In this document: positions 9,243 through 17,768 of the stretch, piece by piece
Numbering within the stretch: the stretch's first letter is position 1
Layout of the letters: the number at the start of each line of letters is the position of its first letter
Source of the DNA: Flavobacteriales bacterium
GTDB lineage: Bacteria; Bacteroidota; Bacteroidia; NS11-12g; UBA9320
Reading direction: 5' to 3'
Assembly: GCA_020635455.1 (NCBI GenBank)
Contig: JACJZT010000003.1
Span: forward strand, 266,143-330,142
Length of the DNA stretch: 64,000 nucleotides
Notes under the pieces: model-generated
What the model saw: the letters and a program-made list of their open reading frames with translations, nothing else
Told to the model about the DNA's origin: nothing
Databases searched by the model: none
Program-made: the position numbers and the translations under genes

Positions 9243-11135
9243 ATGAATGAACTTGTTTTTGAAATAAAAAAACAGATCTCGGATTGCTTTAAAAATTCGT
9301 TTGGTGAAGAACTTGAAGCCGGTGCCCTTAAACTGGAAAAAACCGATAAGGACCACAAGGGTGACTTAACTTTCGTGGTATTTCCTTACCTAAGATTGAG
9401 TAAAAAAAATCCTGAACAAACAGCTGAGATCCTTGGAAAATACTTACAGGAACATTGTATGGAAATATCTAAATACAATGTTATAAAAGGCTTTCTCAAT
9501 CTCGAACTTAGTCCTGAATTCTGGCTAAAGGAACTTACAAGCCTTTATGAAGATCCTGATCCGGGACAAAACTCTTCGGGAAAAGGCAAATCCGTTATGG
9601 TGGAGTTTTCATCGCCGAATACCAATAAACCCTTGCATTTGGGCCATGTCAGGAACATAACTCTCGGATATTCGGTTTCCAGAATTCTGGAATTTGCAGG
9701 TTACAGGGTCATTAAAGCAAATCTGATAAATGACCGTGGAATACATATTTGCAAAAGCATGCTGGCCTGGCAAAAATTTGGTATAGGTGAAACCCCTGAA
9801 TCGGCAGGAATGAAGGGCGACCACCTGGTTGGAAAATATTATGTTGAATTTGACAGGCACTTGCAGGAAGAGGTGAAAGCAATCCAGGTCAGGGTAAATC
9901 AAAACGATCTTTCTGACCTAAATGACCAGGTTCAGAGACAAAATCTCATACAACTGCTTGAGAAACTTAAAGCAGAGAGCGATAACGAAAAAAGAAAGGA
10001 AACTGAATCCGAGATCAAGACCCTTATCACCAGGAACACTCAGTTGATGAGCGAAGCAAATGAAATGTTGCGAAAATGGGAATCCGGAGATGCCGAAACC
10101 TTAAAGATCTGGGAAATGATGAATTCGTGGGTTTATAAAGGCTTTGATGAAACCTACAGGAGAATGGGGGTTAGCTTTGATAAATACTATTACGAGAGCA
10201 ACACCTATTTGCTTGGTAAAAGAAGCGTAATGGAAGGTTTGGAAATGGGAGTTTTTCAAAAAGACGAAGACGGTTCGGTTTGGGTTGACCTTACCGAAGA
10301 AGGGCTCGACCGCAAAATATTATTAAGGGCCGATGGCACCTCCGTATACATGACCCAGGACATCGGTACTGCCCAGATGAAATACGACGATGCACATATG
10401 GATCATTCAGTATATGTGGTCGGTAATGAACAGGATTACCATTTTAAAGTATTAAAACTTATTCTTAAAAAACTTAACAAACCTTATGCAGATGGAGTTT
10501 ATCACTTAAGTTACGGAATGGTGGACCTTCCTCATGGAAAAATGAAAAGCAGAGAAGGTACGGTAGTTGATGCCGATGAACTTATGCAAAGTATGTATCA
10601 ATCGGCAAAACAAATTACCATGGATCTGGGCAAAACCGAAGGTTTGGCGCCTTCAGAACTTGAGTTGTTGTATGAAACCATCGCACAAGGAGCATTAAAG
10701 TATTTTCTTTTGAAAGTGGACCCGGTAAAAAGAATGTTGTTCAATCCTGAAGAATCGATCGATTTTCAGGGAAATACCGGACCTTTTATTCAATATACCT
10801 ATGCAAGGATACGATCGATACTCAGAAATACTAACGATTCCTTCAAGGTAAGTGAAAAAGCTCCTTTAATGGAAGTTGAAAAGGAATTGCTGGCTCTTCT
10901 TTCTTCCTTTTCCCAAAAGTCTGAACAGGCCGCAATTGAATACAATCCTGCATTAATTGCCAATTTTATCTATGAGGTTGCCAGATCCTTCAACCGGCTT
11001 TACCATGAAGTTTCCATTCTTGGAGAACAGGATGAAAATATAAAACAAAACCGACTCGCAATGTGTTCTGTAACTTCAAAAACCATAAAAAACGGAATGG
11101 AACTGCTTGGAATAAACGTTCCCGAACGTATGTAA
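9243..11135 (+). CDS. argS: Arginine--tRNA ligase
   Basis: 630 aa with class I HIGH motif PNTNKPLHLGHVRN and a KMSK-like MKSREG. Confidence 0.9.
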   Translation: MNELVFEIKKQISDCFKNSFGEELEAGALKLEKTDKDHKGDLTFVVFPYLRLSKKNPEQTAEILGKYLQEHCMEISKYNVIKGFLNLELSPEFWLKELTSLYEDPDPGQNSSGKGKSVMVEFSSPNTNKPLHLGHVRNITLGYSVSRILEFAGYRVIKANLINDRGIHICKSMLAWQKFGIGETPESAGMKGDHLVGKYYVEFDRHLQEEVKAIQVRVNQNDLSDLNDQVQRQNLIQLLEKLKAESDNEKRKETESEIKTLITRNTQLMSEANEMLRKWESGDAETLKIWEMMNSWVYKGFDETYRRMGVSFDKYYYESNTYLLGKRSVMEGLEMGVFQKDEDGSVWVDLTEEGLDRKILLRADGTSVYMTQDIGTAQMKYDDAHMDHSVYVVGNEQDYHFKVLKLILKKLNKPYADGVYHLSYGMVDLPHGKMKSREGTVVDADELMQSMYQSAKQITMDLGKTEGLAPSELELLYETIAQGALKYFLLKVDPVKRMLFNPEESIDFQGNTGPFIQYTYARIRSILRNTNDSFKVSEKAPLMEVEKELLALLSSFSQKSEQAAIEYNPALIANFIYEVARSFNRLYHEVSILGEQDENIKQNRLAMCSVTSKTIKNGMELLGINVPERM

Positions 11136-11142
11136 ATTGGAT

Positions 11143-11304
11143 ATGCTAAAAAAGGAAAGGACGGACGACTATTATTTTAACGAAAAAGGACTATTGGTCT
11201 TTACAAAAGAATTTCATCTTAAAAGAGGCTTTTGTTGCGGAAATAAATGTTTGCATTGCCCTTTCGGCCATGAGAATGTTCCGGAAATATCAAGATCCAA
11301 TTAA
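11143..11304 (+). CDS. Small Cys-rich protein, DUF5522-like
   Basis: 53-aa ORF MLKKERTDDYYFNEKGLLVFTKEFHLKRGFCCGNKCLHCPFGHENVPEISRSN, with a CCxxxCxxC cluster. It is not in the ORF track because it is under 60 aa. Its stop overlaps the stop of the convergent K+ channel gene. Confidence 0.45.
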   Translation: MLKKERTDDYYFNEKGLLVFTKEFHLKRGFCCGNKCLHCPFGHENVPEISRSN

Positions 11305-12023
11305 GACTCCTTTTTTTCCTGAGGTTCCTCACCAAAATATCCCTTGCTGATCATTTTGTTCGAAAAGAAATTAATGAACAGAACCACAAAGGATAAAAAG
11401 ATCAGGGCCTGAGAACACATCAGCACCTTACCGATGAAGGTAACCGGATAATAATCGCCATAACCTATGGTGGAGAGGGTTGCAAAACTGTAGTAAATGG
11501 GGTCGAACCAATGTTTGAATTCCATATTCAGGTAATGACCGTGACTATAGATCACTGCAAAGGCAAAAGCAATTTCGAGATAATTGAAGAACAAAAGCAT
11601 GATTGACCTTTTATACGAACTTGGATTCGAAATAATGTCCGAAGCGAAGATCAACGTAGGAACGTACAGGAGTGTTTCTATCAAAAAGTAAAGGACCAGC
11701 CCAAGCAGGATGTGATCCGATTGATATCCTTTATAAACGATCATAAAGGCAAACATGACCTTAAACAAAATGAAAACATCCATCACGATTGCCTGAACCT
11801 GGTAACCAAATCGGGCAAACAGGTGTTTTATATAAATGCCCGGAAACAAAAACTGTGAAGCTGCCAAAAACAATCTGAGCAATTTTTCAATTCCAACGTC
11901 ATCCTGATGATCGTTGTTCCAGATTCCTTTGATGTTTTCGATCCTTTGCTGCAAAACCCGTTTAACATTTTTCTTCCGGGTCGGGTTTTCGTTTATTACG
12001 AATTTTTGAATGATCTTTTTCAA
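11301..12023 (-). CDS. Two-TM potassium channel family protein
   Basis: Selectivity-filter motif TIGYGD within LSTIGYGDYYPVT, flanked by TM helices. Confidence 0.8.
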   Translation of the reverse strand: MKKIIQKFVINENPTRKKNVKRVLQQRIENIKGIWNNDHQDDVGIEKLLRLFLAASQFLFPGIYIKHLFARFGYQVQAIVMDVFILFKVMFAFMIVYKGYQSDHILLGLVLYFLIETLLYVPTLIFASDIISNPSSYKRSIMLLFFNYLEIAFAFAVIYSHGHYLNMEFKHWFDPIYYSFATLSTIGYGDYYPVTFIGKVLMCSQALIFLSFVVLFINFFSNKMISKGYFGEEPQEKKES

Positions 12024-12094
12024 TGAAGGGTGTTATTTGAAAACCGGCACTTCAAAATTAACTTTTTTCATTACACAGTTGAATACAAACCTAT

Positions 12095-13774
12095 CTATAA
12101 TTTAACTCTGCGAAGATCCAGAGAGTTAAATGCGTTGTTTTTCATGTTTTTCACGTTATGCCGGATGAGCCGTATGGATTGATCGTAAAACATAGGGATC
12201 ACGGGGCTTTCCTTTAAGAGGATCTTTTCCATTTGCCTGTAAAGGCCTAATTTACCCGAATCGGTTTTTTCGAGAAATATGGATTCGTAGAGCTTGTCAA
12301 AAGTTTCATTTTTAAAATGAAAATAATTGGGACCCGCCGGTGAAAAATTTTTGCTGTAAAAACAAGCCAGATAATTCTCGGCATCAGGATAATCGGCTAT
12401 CCATGAACCTCTGAAAAAATTGAGTCTGTTGTTTGATTTTTCGTCCTTTAAAAAAGATGCCGGCTGAACCTCAATGGCAAGGTCCAAACCCAGGTTCTTA
12501 AGATCTTTCTGAACAAAGAGACAAATGTCGAGATAATCTTTGGTGGTGTACAAAACGAGTTTCCGCTTTAATAATTCCGGCGGCACCTTTTTTAGCAATT
12601 CCTTTGCTTTGGAAGGATCGAATGCCCATTCATCTCCGGCTTCCGGGCTGTAACCCGGCAATCCTGCAGGAATAAAACCACCATCGGCTGCATGTCCGAT
12701 GTTGTTGCGCAGATGTTTTATGATGTCTTTTTTGTTTATTCCCAACTGGATGGCTTGCCTTAGATATACGTTGCTAAACGAATGATCCCGTGAAGCAGGC
12801 AGATCAGGGTCTACCAGAAAAGCAAGGTATTCTGTATTCAGAAATGGAGTTACCAGAGTGGTAAACTGGTCTTTATATTTTGATTTCAGACTGCCATCCT
12901 TTTCAATGATTTCGTCTTTGAAAGTGCTTTCCAATCCATTGAAAAAATCCAGATTCCCTTGCAAAAACTCCAGAAAAGCCGCCTGCTTATCTCCAAGGAA
13001 TGAAATTGCAACCGCATCAATATAGGGTAACTTCTCTTGTCCTTCCCTTTCAAAATAATCTTCGTTTTTAAGGAAGATCAATTTTACTTCTTCATTCCAT
13101 TGTTTAAACCTGAAGGGGCCGGTGCCCACCGGATGCCTGCCGAAGTCCTTTCCAAACTTCAAAGCTGCCTCTTCCGGCACAATGTAACAATAGGGCATTG
13201 TAAGAAGTCCGAGAAACGGAGGAAATGGTTTTGTCAACCTTATGCTTAATGTACTGTCATTCAAAGCCGTAAAAGGAGAATCACCAACTTTGTCGTTAAA
13301 GATCCAGGCGCCGGGTGATGCAGTTTTGCTGTCCATGATGCGATTGAAAGAATAAACCACATCTTTTGCCACAACCTTTCTCCGGTGGTTCTTAAATTCC
13401 GAAAAGACCTCCTTGTTTATGTGGAAAAATACATCCCCTCTCAAATGAAAGGTATAAAGTGTCCCGTCGTCGGAAATTTCCCAGTTTTGGGCAATGCAGG
13501 GGATCACGTTCAGATTGCTGTCGAGCTGCACCAATCCGTTAAACAATTGACCTACCGCCCACATATTGTCCTGTGTTCTTGCAAAGGCAGGATCGAGCGA
13601 AGTAATTCCATTATCTGTATTGTATCTGAACACCGTTCGATGTCCAATTGACTGATTATCAGAATTGCAGGAAGTTAACACCAAAACAATGTGAATAAGT
13701 AGTGGAAACCTGTTAAAATCTATTGAGCCTTTGAAAATAGATTTGAACCTGATATAAACAATGCGAAGAATCAA
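12095..13774 (-). CDS. ABC transporter substrate-binding protein, family 5 (peptide/nickel type) lipoprotein
   Basis: 559 aa with N-terminal signal and lipobox (LVLTSC). Size and conserved SBP_bac_5-like segments fit (NVIPCIAQNWEISDDG, IRLIRHNVKN). Confidence 0.7.
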   Translation of the reverse strand: MILRIVYIRFKSIFKGSIDFNRFPLLIHIVLVLTSCNSDNQSIGHRTVFRYNTDNGITSLDPAFARTQDNMWAVGQLFNGLVQLDSNLNVIPCIAQNWEISDDGTLYTFHLRGDVFFHINKEVFSEFKNHRRKVVAKDVVYSFNRIMDSKTASPGAWIFNDKVGDSPFTALNDSTLSIRLTKPFPPFLGLLTMPYCYIVPEEAALKFGKDFGRHPVGTGPFRFKQWNEEVKLIFLKNEDYFEREGQEKLPYIDAVAISFLGDKQAAFLEFLQGNLDFFNGLESTFKDEIIEKDGSLKSKYKDQFTTLVTPFLNTEYLAFLVDPDLPASRDHSFSNVYLRQAIQLGINKKDIIKHLRNNIGHAADGGFIPAGLPGYSPEAGDEWAFDPSKAKELLKKVPPELLKRKLVLYTTKDYLDICLFVQKDLKNLGLDLAIEVQPASFLKDEKSNNRLNFFRGSWIADYPDAENYLACFYSKNFSPAGPNYFHFKNETFDKLYESIFLEKTDSGKLGLYRQMEKILLKESPVIPMFYDQSIRLIRHNVKNMKNNAFNSLDLRRVKL

Positions 13775-14457
13775 TGCTTAACGTTACGTATTACGGACAT
13801 AGTTGTTTTTTGGTGGAGACCGGCGGAAGCAAAATATTGTTTGATCCTTTTATTTCTCCCAATGAACTTGCAAAAGAAATAAATTTAGATGGCATTTCCT
13901 GTGATTATATTTTTGTAAGTCATGGGCATCCGGATCATATTGCCGACCTTGAATACCTCGGAAAAAAACTCGATTGCACCATAGTGAGCAGCTTCGAAAT
14001 ATGTAATTGGATCAGTGATAAAGGAATTAAAAAGGTCCATTCCATGAATTTAGGCGGAGAATGGGATTTTAATTTCGGCAGGGTTAAAATGGTTTATGCA
14101 GCACACTCCAATTCACTTCCTGATGGAACCTATGGCGGAACGGCCTCAGGTTTTGTGTTCAAAAACACAGAAACGTGTTTTTATTACGCCGGAGATACTG
14201 CACTTACGAACGATATGAATCTGATACCTTTAAAATTTAATCTTGATCTGGCATTTTTGCCCATTGGCAATAATTATACCATGAGTGCAGAAGATGCCGC
14301 TTTAGCAACAGATTTTATTAAATGCAAAAAGATCATTGGCATGCATTACGATACCTTCGGTTTCATCAAGATCGATCATCAGAAGGCACTTGAAAGTTTT
14401 AAGGCAAAGGGTGCAAACCTCACCTTGATGGGAATTGGTGAAACAGCAAACTTTTAA
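13774..14457 (+). CDS. Metal-dependent hydrolase, metallo-beta-lactamase fold (UPF0173 family)
   Basis: MLNVTYYGHSCFLVE and HGHPDH motifs. Confidence 0.8.
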   Translation: MLNVTYYGHSCFLVETGGSKILFDPFISPNELAKEINLDGISCDYIFVSHGHPDHIADLEYLGKKLDCTIVSSFEICNWISDKGIKKVHSMNLGGEWDFNFGRVKMVYAAHSNSLPDGTYGGTASGFVFKNTETCFYYAGDTALTNDMNLIPLKFNLDLAFLPIGNNYTMSAEDAALATDFIKCKKIIGMHYDTFGFIKIDHQKALESFKAKGANLTLMGIGETANF

Positions 14458-14501
14458 CTGTTAACTTTAAAAAAAAAACAATTACTACAATACATTAATA
14501 A

Positions 14502-15302
14502 ATGGGAAAAATAATCAGTATAGCAAATCAAAAAGGTGGCGTAGGTAAAACCACCACCGCCATAAACCTTTCTTCTGCTCTGGCACTTCTTGAATTCAAA
14601 ACCCTTTTGGTAGATGCCGACCCACAGGCCAATTCAACTTCCGGTATTGGTTTTGATCCCAAAAACATTAAGATCGGGTTATACGAATCACTTTTACAGG
14701 ATCTTAATCCGAAAGACATTATCCTAAATACCACTAACGAGTATCTTCACCTTTTCCCCGCTAACATCGATCTGGTAGGAGCCGAAATTGAATTGGTAGA
14801 TATGCCGAACCGGGAAAAACTCATGAGCCGGATCTTAAATCGCGTGAAAGATGATTACGATTTCATTATCATTGATTGCTCACCTTCGTTAGGACTGATC
14901 ACTACAAATTCCCTCACCGCATCTGACTCGGTAATCATACCGGTTCAATGCGAGTTCTTTGCCCTGGAGGGATTGGGCAAATTACTCAATACCATTAAAA
15001 TTGTTCAAAGAAGCATAAACCCCAAACTTGAGATTGAAGGTATTTTACTGACCATGTACGACATGCGACTCAGACTTAGCAACCAGGTAGTTGATGAAGT
15101 AAAAACCCATTTTCAACAATTGGTTTTTGATACCATTATACAAAGAAATGTAAAATTGGGTGAGGCACCCAGTTTTGGGGTATCCGTGATCGAGCATGAT
15201 GCCGAGAGCAAGGGAAGTATAAATTATCTCAATCTGGCGCGCGAAATATTGCAGAACAACGGTCTCACCCGCATGCAGGAAACGGAGAAGGTGTTATCAT
15301 GA
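14502..15302 (+). CDS. parA: Chromosome partitioning ATPase ParA/Soj
   Basis: Deviant Walker A KGGVGKTT at the N-terminus. It overlaps parB by 4 nt. Confidence 0.9.
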   Translation: MGKIISIANQKGGVGKTTTAINLSSALALLEFKTLLVDADPQANSTSGIGFDPKNIKIGLYESLLQDLNPKDIILNTTNEYLHLFPANIDLVGAEIELVDMPNREKLMSRILNRVKDDYDFIIIDCSPSLGLITTNSLTASDSVIIPVQCEFFALEGLGKLLNTIKIVQRSINPKLEIEGILLTMYDMRLRLSNQVVDEVKTHFQQLVFDTIIQRNVKLGEAPSFGVSVIEHDAESKGSINYLNLAREILQNNGLTRMQETEKVLS

Positions 15303-16210
15303 ACAATCCGATTAAAAAAAGAAATGCGCTTGGTAGAGGATTAAGTGCATTATTGGAAAGTGCTGATACCGATGCATCTTCCATCGAACCAAAAGTGTTG
15401 AACTCGGTTGCCAGCATAAGCATTGGTCAGATCGAAGCGAATCCTTTTCAGCCTCGTACCGAATTTGATGAAGACGGCATTAACGAGTTATCGGAAAGCA
15501 TAAAAGTTCATGGAATAATACAACCCATTACGGTTCGCAAGATCGGTTTCGAAAAATACCAGATCATCTCCGGAGAAAGGCGCACAAGGGCTTCTATTCT
15601 GGCAGGATTGACCGAAATACCGGCGTACATAAGGGTGGCCAATGATCAGGAAATGCTCGAAATGGCCATCATTGAGAACATTCAACGCGAGGAGTTGAAT
15701 CCGGTAGAAATTGCCCTAAGTTATAAGCGCTTACTTGAAGAGTGCAATCTTAAGCAGGAAGAATTGGGTGAGAGAGTGGGAAAAAACCGAACCACCGTTA
15801 ACAATTACCTTCGTCTATTAAAACTTCCCGACGAAATTCAACTTGGTTTAAAAAACAACAAGATATCAATGGGTCATGCAAGAGCTCTCATAAATATAGC
15901 CGAGCCTGATTGGCAGATGGAAATATACCAAAGGGTAATAACCGAAGGTTTGTCTGTAAGGGCCGTAGAAAATCTGGTAAAAAAAGGAAAGCCAAAACCC
16001 GGTACTAACAAAAGAACAAAAGAATCGGTTTCGGATCAACAACACTTGCCGGTTTCGAACGATTTTGATGAATACAAGAATTTTGGTGACATGATCGCCC
16101 GGAAATTCAAGGCAAACGTCGATATAAAACCATTAGGCGGAGAGAAGGGTAGCATTGTAATTGAATTCGAGAACAGAAGTCACTTCAAGGAGATCCTTAA
16201 ACTTCTGTAA
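15299..16210 (+). CDS. parB: Chromosome partitioning protein ParB
   Basis: ParB box GERRTRAS and an HTH region. Confidence 0.9.
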   Translation: MNNPIKKRNALGRGLSALLESADTDASSIEPKVLNSVASISIGQIEANPFQPRTEFDEDGINELSESIKVHGIIQPITVRKIGFEKYQIISGERRTRASILAGLTEIPAYIRVANDQEMLEMAIIENIQREELNPVEIALSYKRLLEECNLKQEELGERVGKNRTTVNNYLRLLKLPDEIQLGLKNNKISMGHARALINIAEPDWQMEIYQRVITEGLSVRAVENLVKKGKPKPGTNKRTKESVSDQQHLPVSNDFDEYKNFGDMIARKFKANVDIKPLGGEKGSIVIEFENRSHFKEILKLL

Positions 16211-16268
16211 AACTAAATTTAATTTGGTTTTGTATTTATAAAATGCGGTTTAATTTTGCCGCGCGCAA

Positions 16269-16811
16269 ATGGCCATCCGACTTTTTACCATCCTTTTATT
16301 TATCAGCCTGTCCTTTAATAGTCTGGCTCAAAAAAACACGGGAAGTAAAGATTCAGTACGTCGGTTAAACCCGGCTAAAGCTGCACTGTATTCTGCAATC
16401 CTTCCGGGTGCAGGACAAATTTACAATGGTAAAGCCTGGAAGTCGGTAATTATTTATGCAGGTTTTGCAGGGATTACATCTGCATTTATATTCAACCAAA
16501 GAGAATTTAAAAGTTATCAGCATGCCGTAGACGTAAGGTACGACACTTTGGCTTCAACCGTTGATACCAAATATCCAAGTTTAACGGATGGAACCGTGGT
16601 TAGTCTTCGCGATTATCACCGCAGAAACCGCGACATTTCCATACTGGCTTTTGCCGCCTTTTACGCCTTAAATATTATTGACGCCAACGTTGATGCACAC
16701 TTACAGGAATTTTCGATCAACAAGGACCTGAGCATGAGGTGGAGACCAACGATATCATTTCCGGGAATGCGAAACTCCGCTTCCGGTATTCATTTGACAT
16801 TTACATTTTAA
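16269..16811 (+). CDS. DUF5683-like secreted protein in the conserved position downstream of parB
   Basis: Signal peptide MAIRLFTILLFISLSFNSLAQ. Its location matches the usual Bacteroidetes parA-parB-DUF5683 gene order. Confidence 0.45.
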   Translation: MAIRLFTILLFISLSFNSLAQKNTGSKDSVRRLNPAKAALYSAILPGAGQIYNGKAWKSVIIYAGFAGITSAFIFNQREFKSYQHAVDVRYDTLASTVDTKYPSLTDGTVVSLRDYHRRNRDISILAFAAFYALNIIDANVDAHLQEFSINKDLSMRWRPTISFPGMRNSASGIHLTFTF

Positions 16812-16829
16812 AGAAATATATACAGAAAC

Positions 16830-17717
16830 ATGAAGAACATTACAGTTATAGGATCAGGAACCATGGGAAACGGGATTGCCCACGTTTTTGCTCAAAACAA
16901 TTACTCCGTATCCCTTGTCGATGTCAATCCGGCCGCTTTAGAGAAAGCACTCGCCAATATCAGCAAAAATTTCGACCGGCAAATTGCCAAAGGAAACGTG
17001 AGCGAAGATCAGAAAGCTCAGGCACTGGCAAATATTACCACTTTCACTTCCATGGCCGAAGGGATCAAAGATGCAGAGTTGGCAATTGAAGCTGCAACTG
17101 AAAACGAAAACATTAAGCTGAAGATATTTAAAGAAATGGACGATCTTGCTCCGGCGGGATGCCTGCTGGCGAGCAATACTTCTTCAATTTCCATAACCAA
17201 ATTGGCGGCAAAAACCAAACGCCCCGGCAAAGTGATCGGAATGCATTTTATGAACCCGGTTCCTATGATGAAACTGGTGGAGGTGATCAATGGTTTTACC
17301 ACGGACGAGGAGGTAACCAAAACCATCATTGAAACGGCTGAAAACATAGGTAAGATCACTGCCCTTTCCATGGATTATCCGGGTTTCATTGCGAACCGCC
17401 TTTTAATGCCTATGATCAATGAAGCCATACATACACTTCATGAAGGTGTTGGCGGCGTTGAAGACATTGATAACATAATGAAACTTGGTATGGCTCATCC
17501 CATGGGACCTCTGCAACTGGCTGATTTCATCGGACTGGATGTTTGCCACAGCATCATGACCGTATTGTACAGAGGGTTCGGAAATCCAAAGTATGTTCCC
17601 TGTCCACTTCTGACCAATATGGTTGCTTCAAAAAGCCTTGGTAAAAAAACCGGTGAAGGGTTTTACAATTATACCCATGGTGGTAAGGATCTGGTGGTTA
17701 GCAGCAGGTTTAAATAA
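16830..17717 (+). CDS. hbd: 3-hydroxybutyryl-CoA dehydrogenase
   Basis: Rossmann GSGTMGNGIA, plus 3-hydroxyacyl-CoA dehydrogenase NAD-binding and C-terminal domains. Confidence 0.85.
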   Translation: MKNITVIGSGTMGNGIAHVFAQNNYSVSLVDVNPAALEKALANISKNFDRQIAKGNVSEDQKAQALANITTFTSMAEGIKDAELAIEAATENENIKLKIFKEMDDLAPAGCLLASNTSSISITKLAAKTKRPGKVIGMHFMNPVPMMKLVEVINGFTTDEEVTKTIIETAENIGKITALSMDYPGFIANRLLMPMINEAIHTLHEGVGGVEDIDNIMKLGMAHPMGPLQLADFIGLDVCHSIMTVLYRGFGNPKYVPCPLLTNMVASKSLGKKTGEGFYNYTHGGKDLVVSSRFK

Positions 17718-17768
17718 GATTTCTCCTAAATGTGGTGTTGAATAAGGAATTGCTTATTGTGCAGTTTT

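Noticed and set aside
16739-17089. 116-aa ORF overlapping the DUF5683 end and hbd start
   Set aside because: It is out of frame with two well-supported genes. Arg-rich, low-complexity translation.
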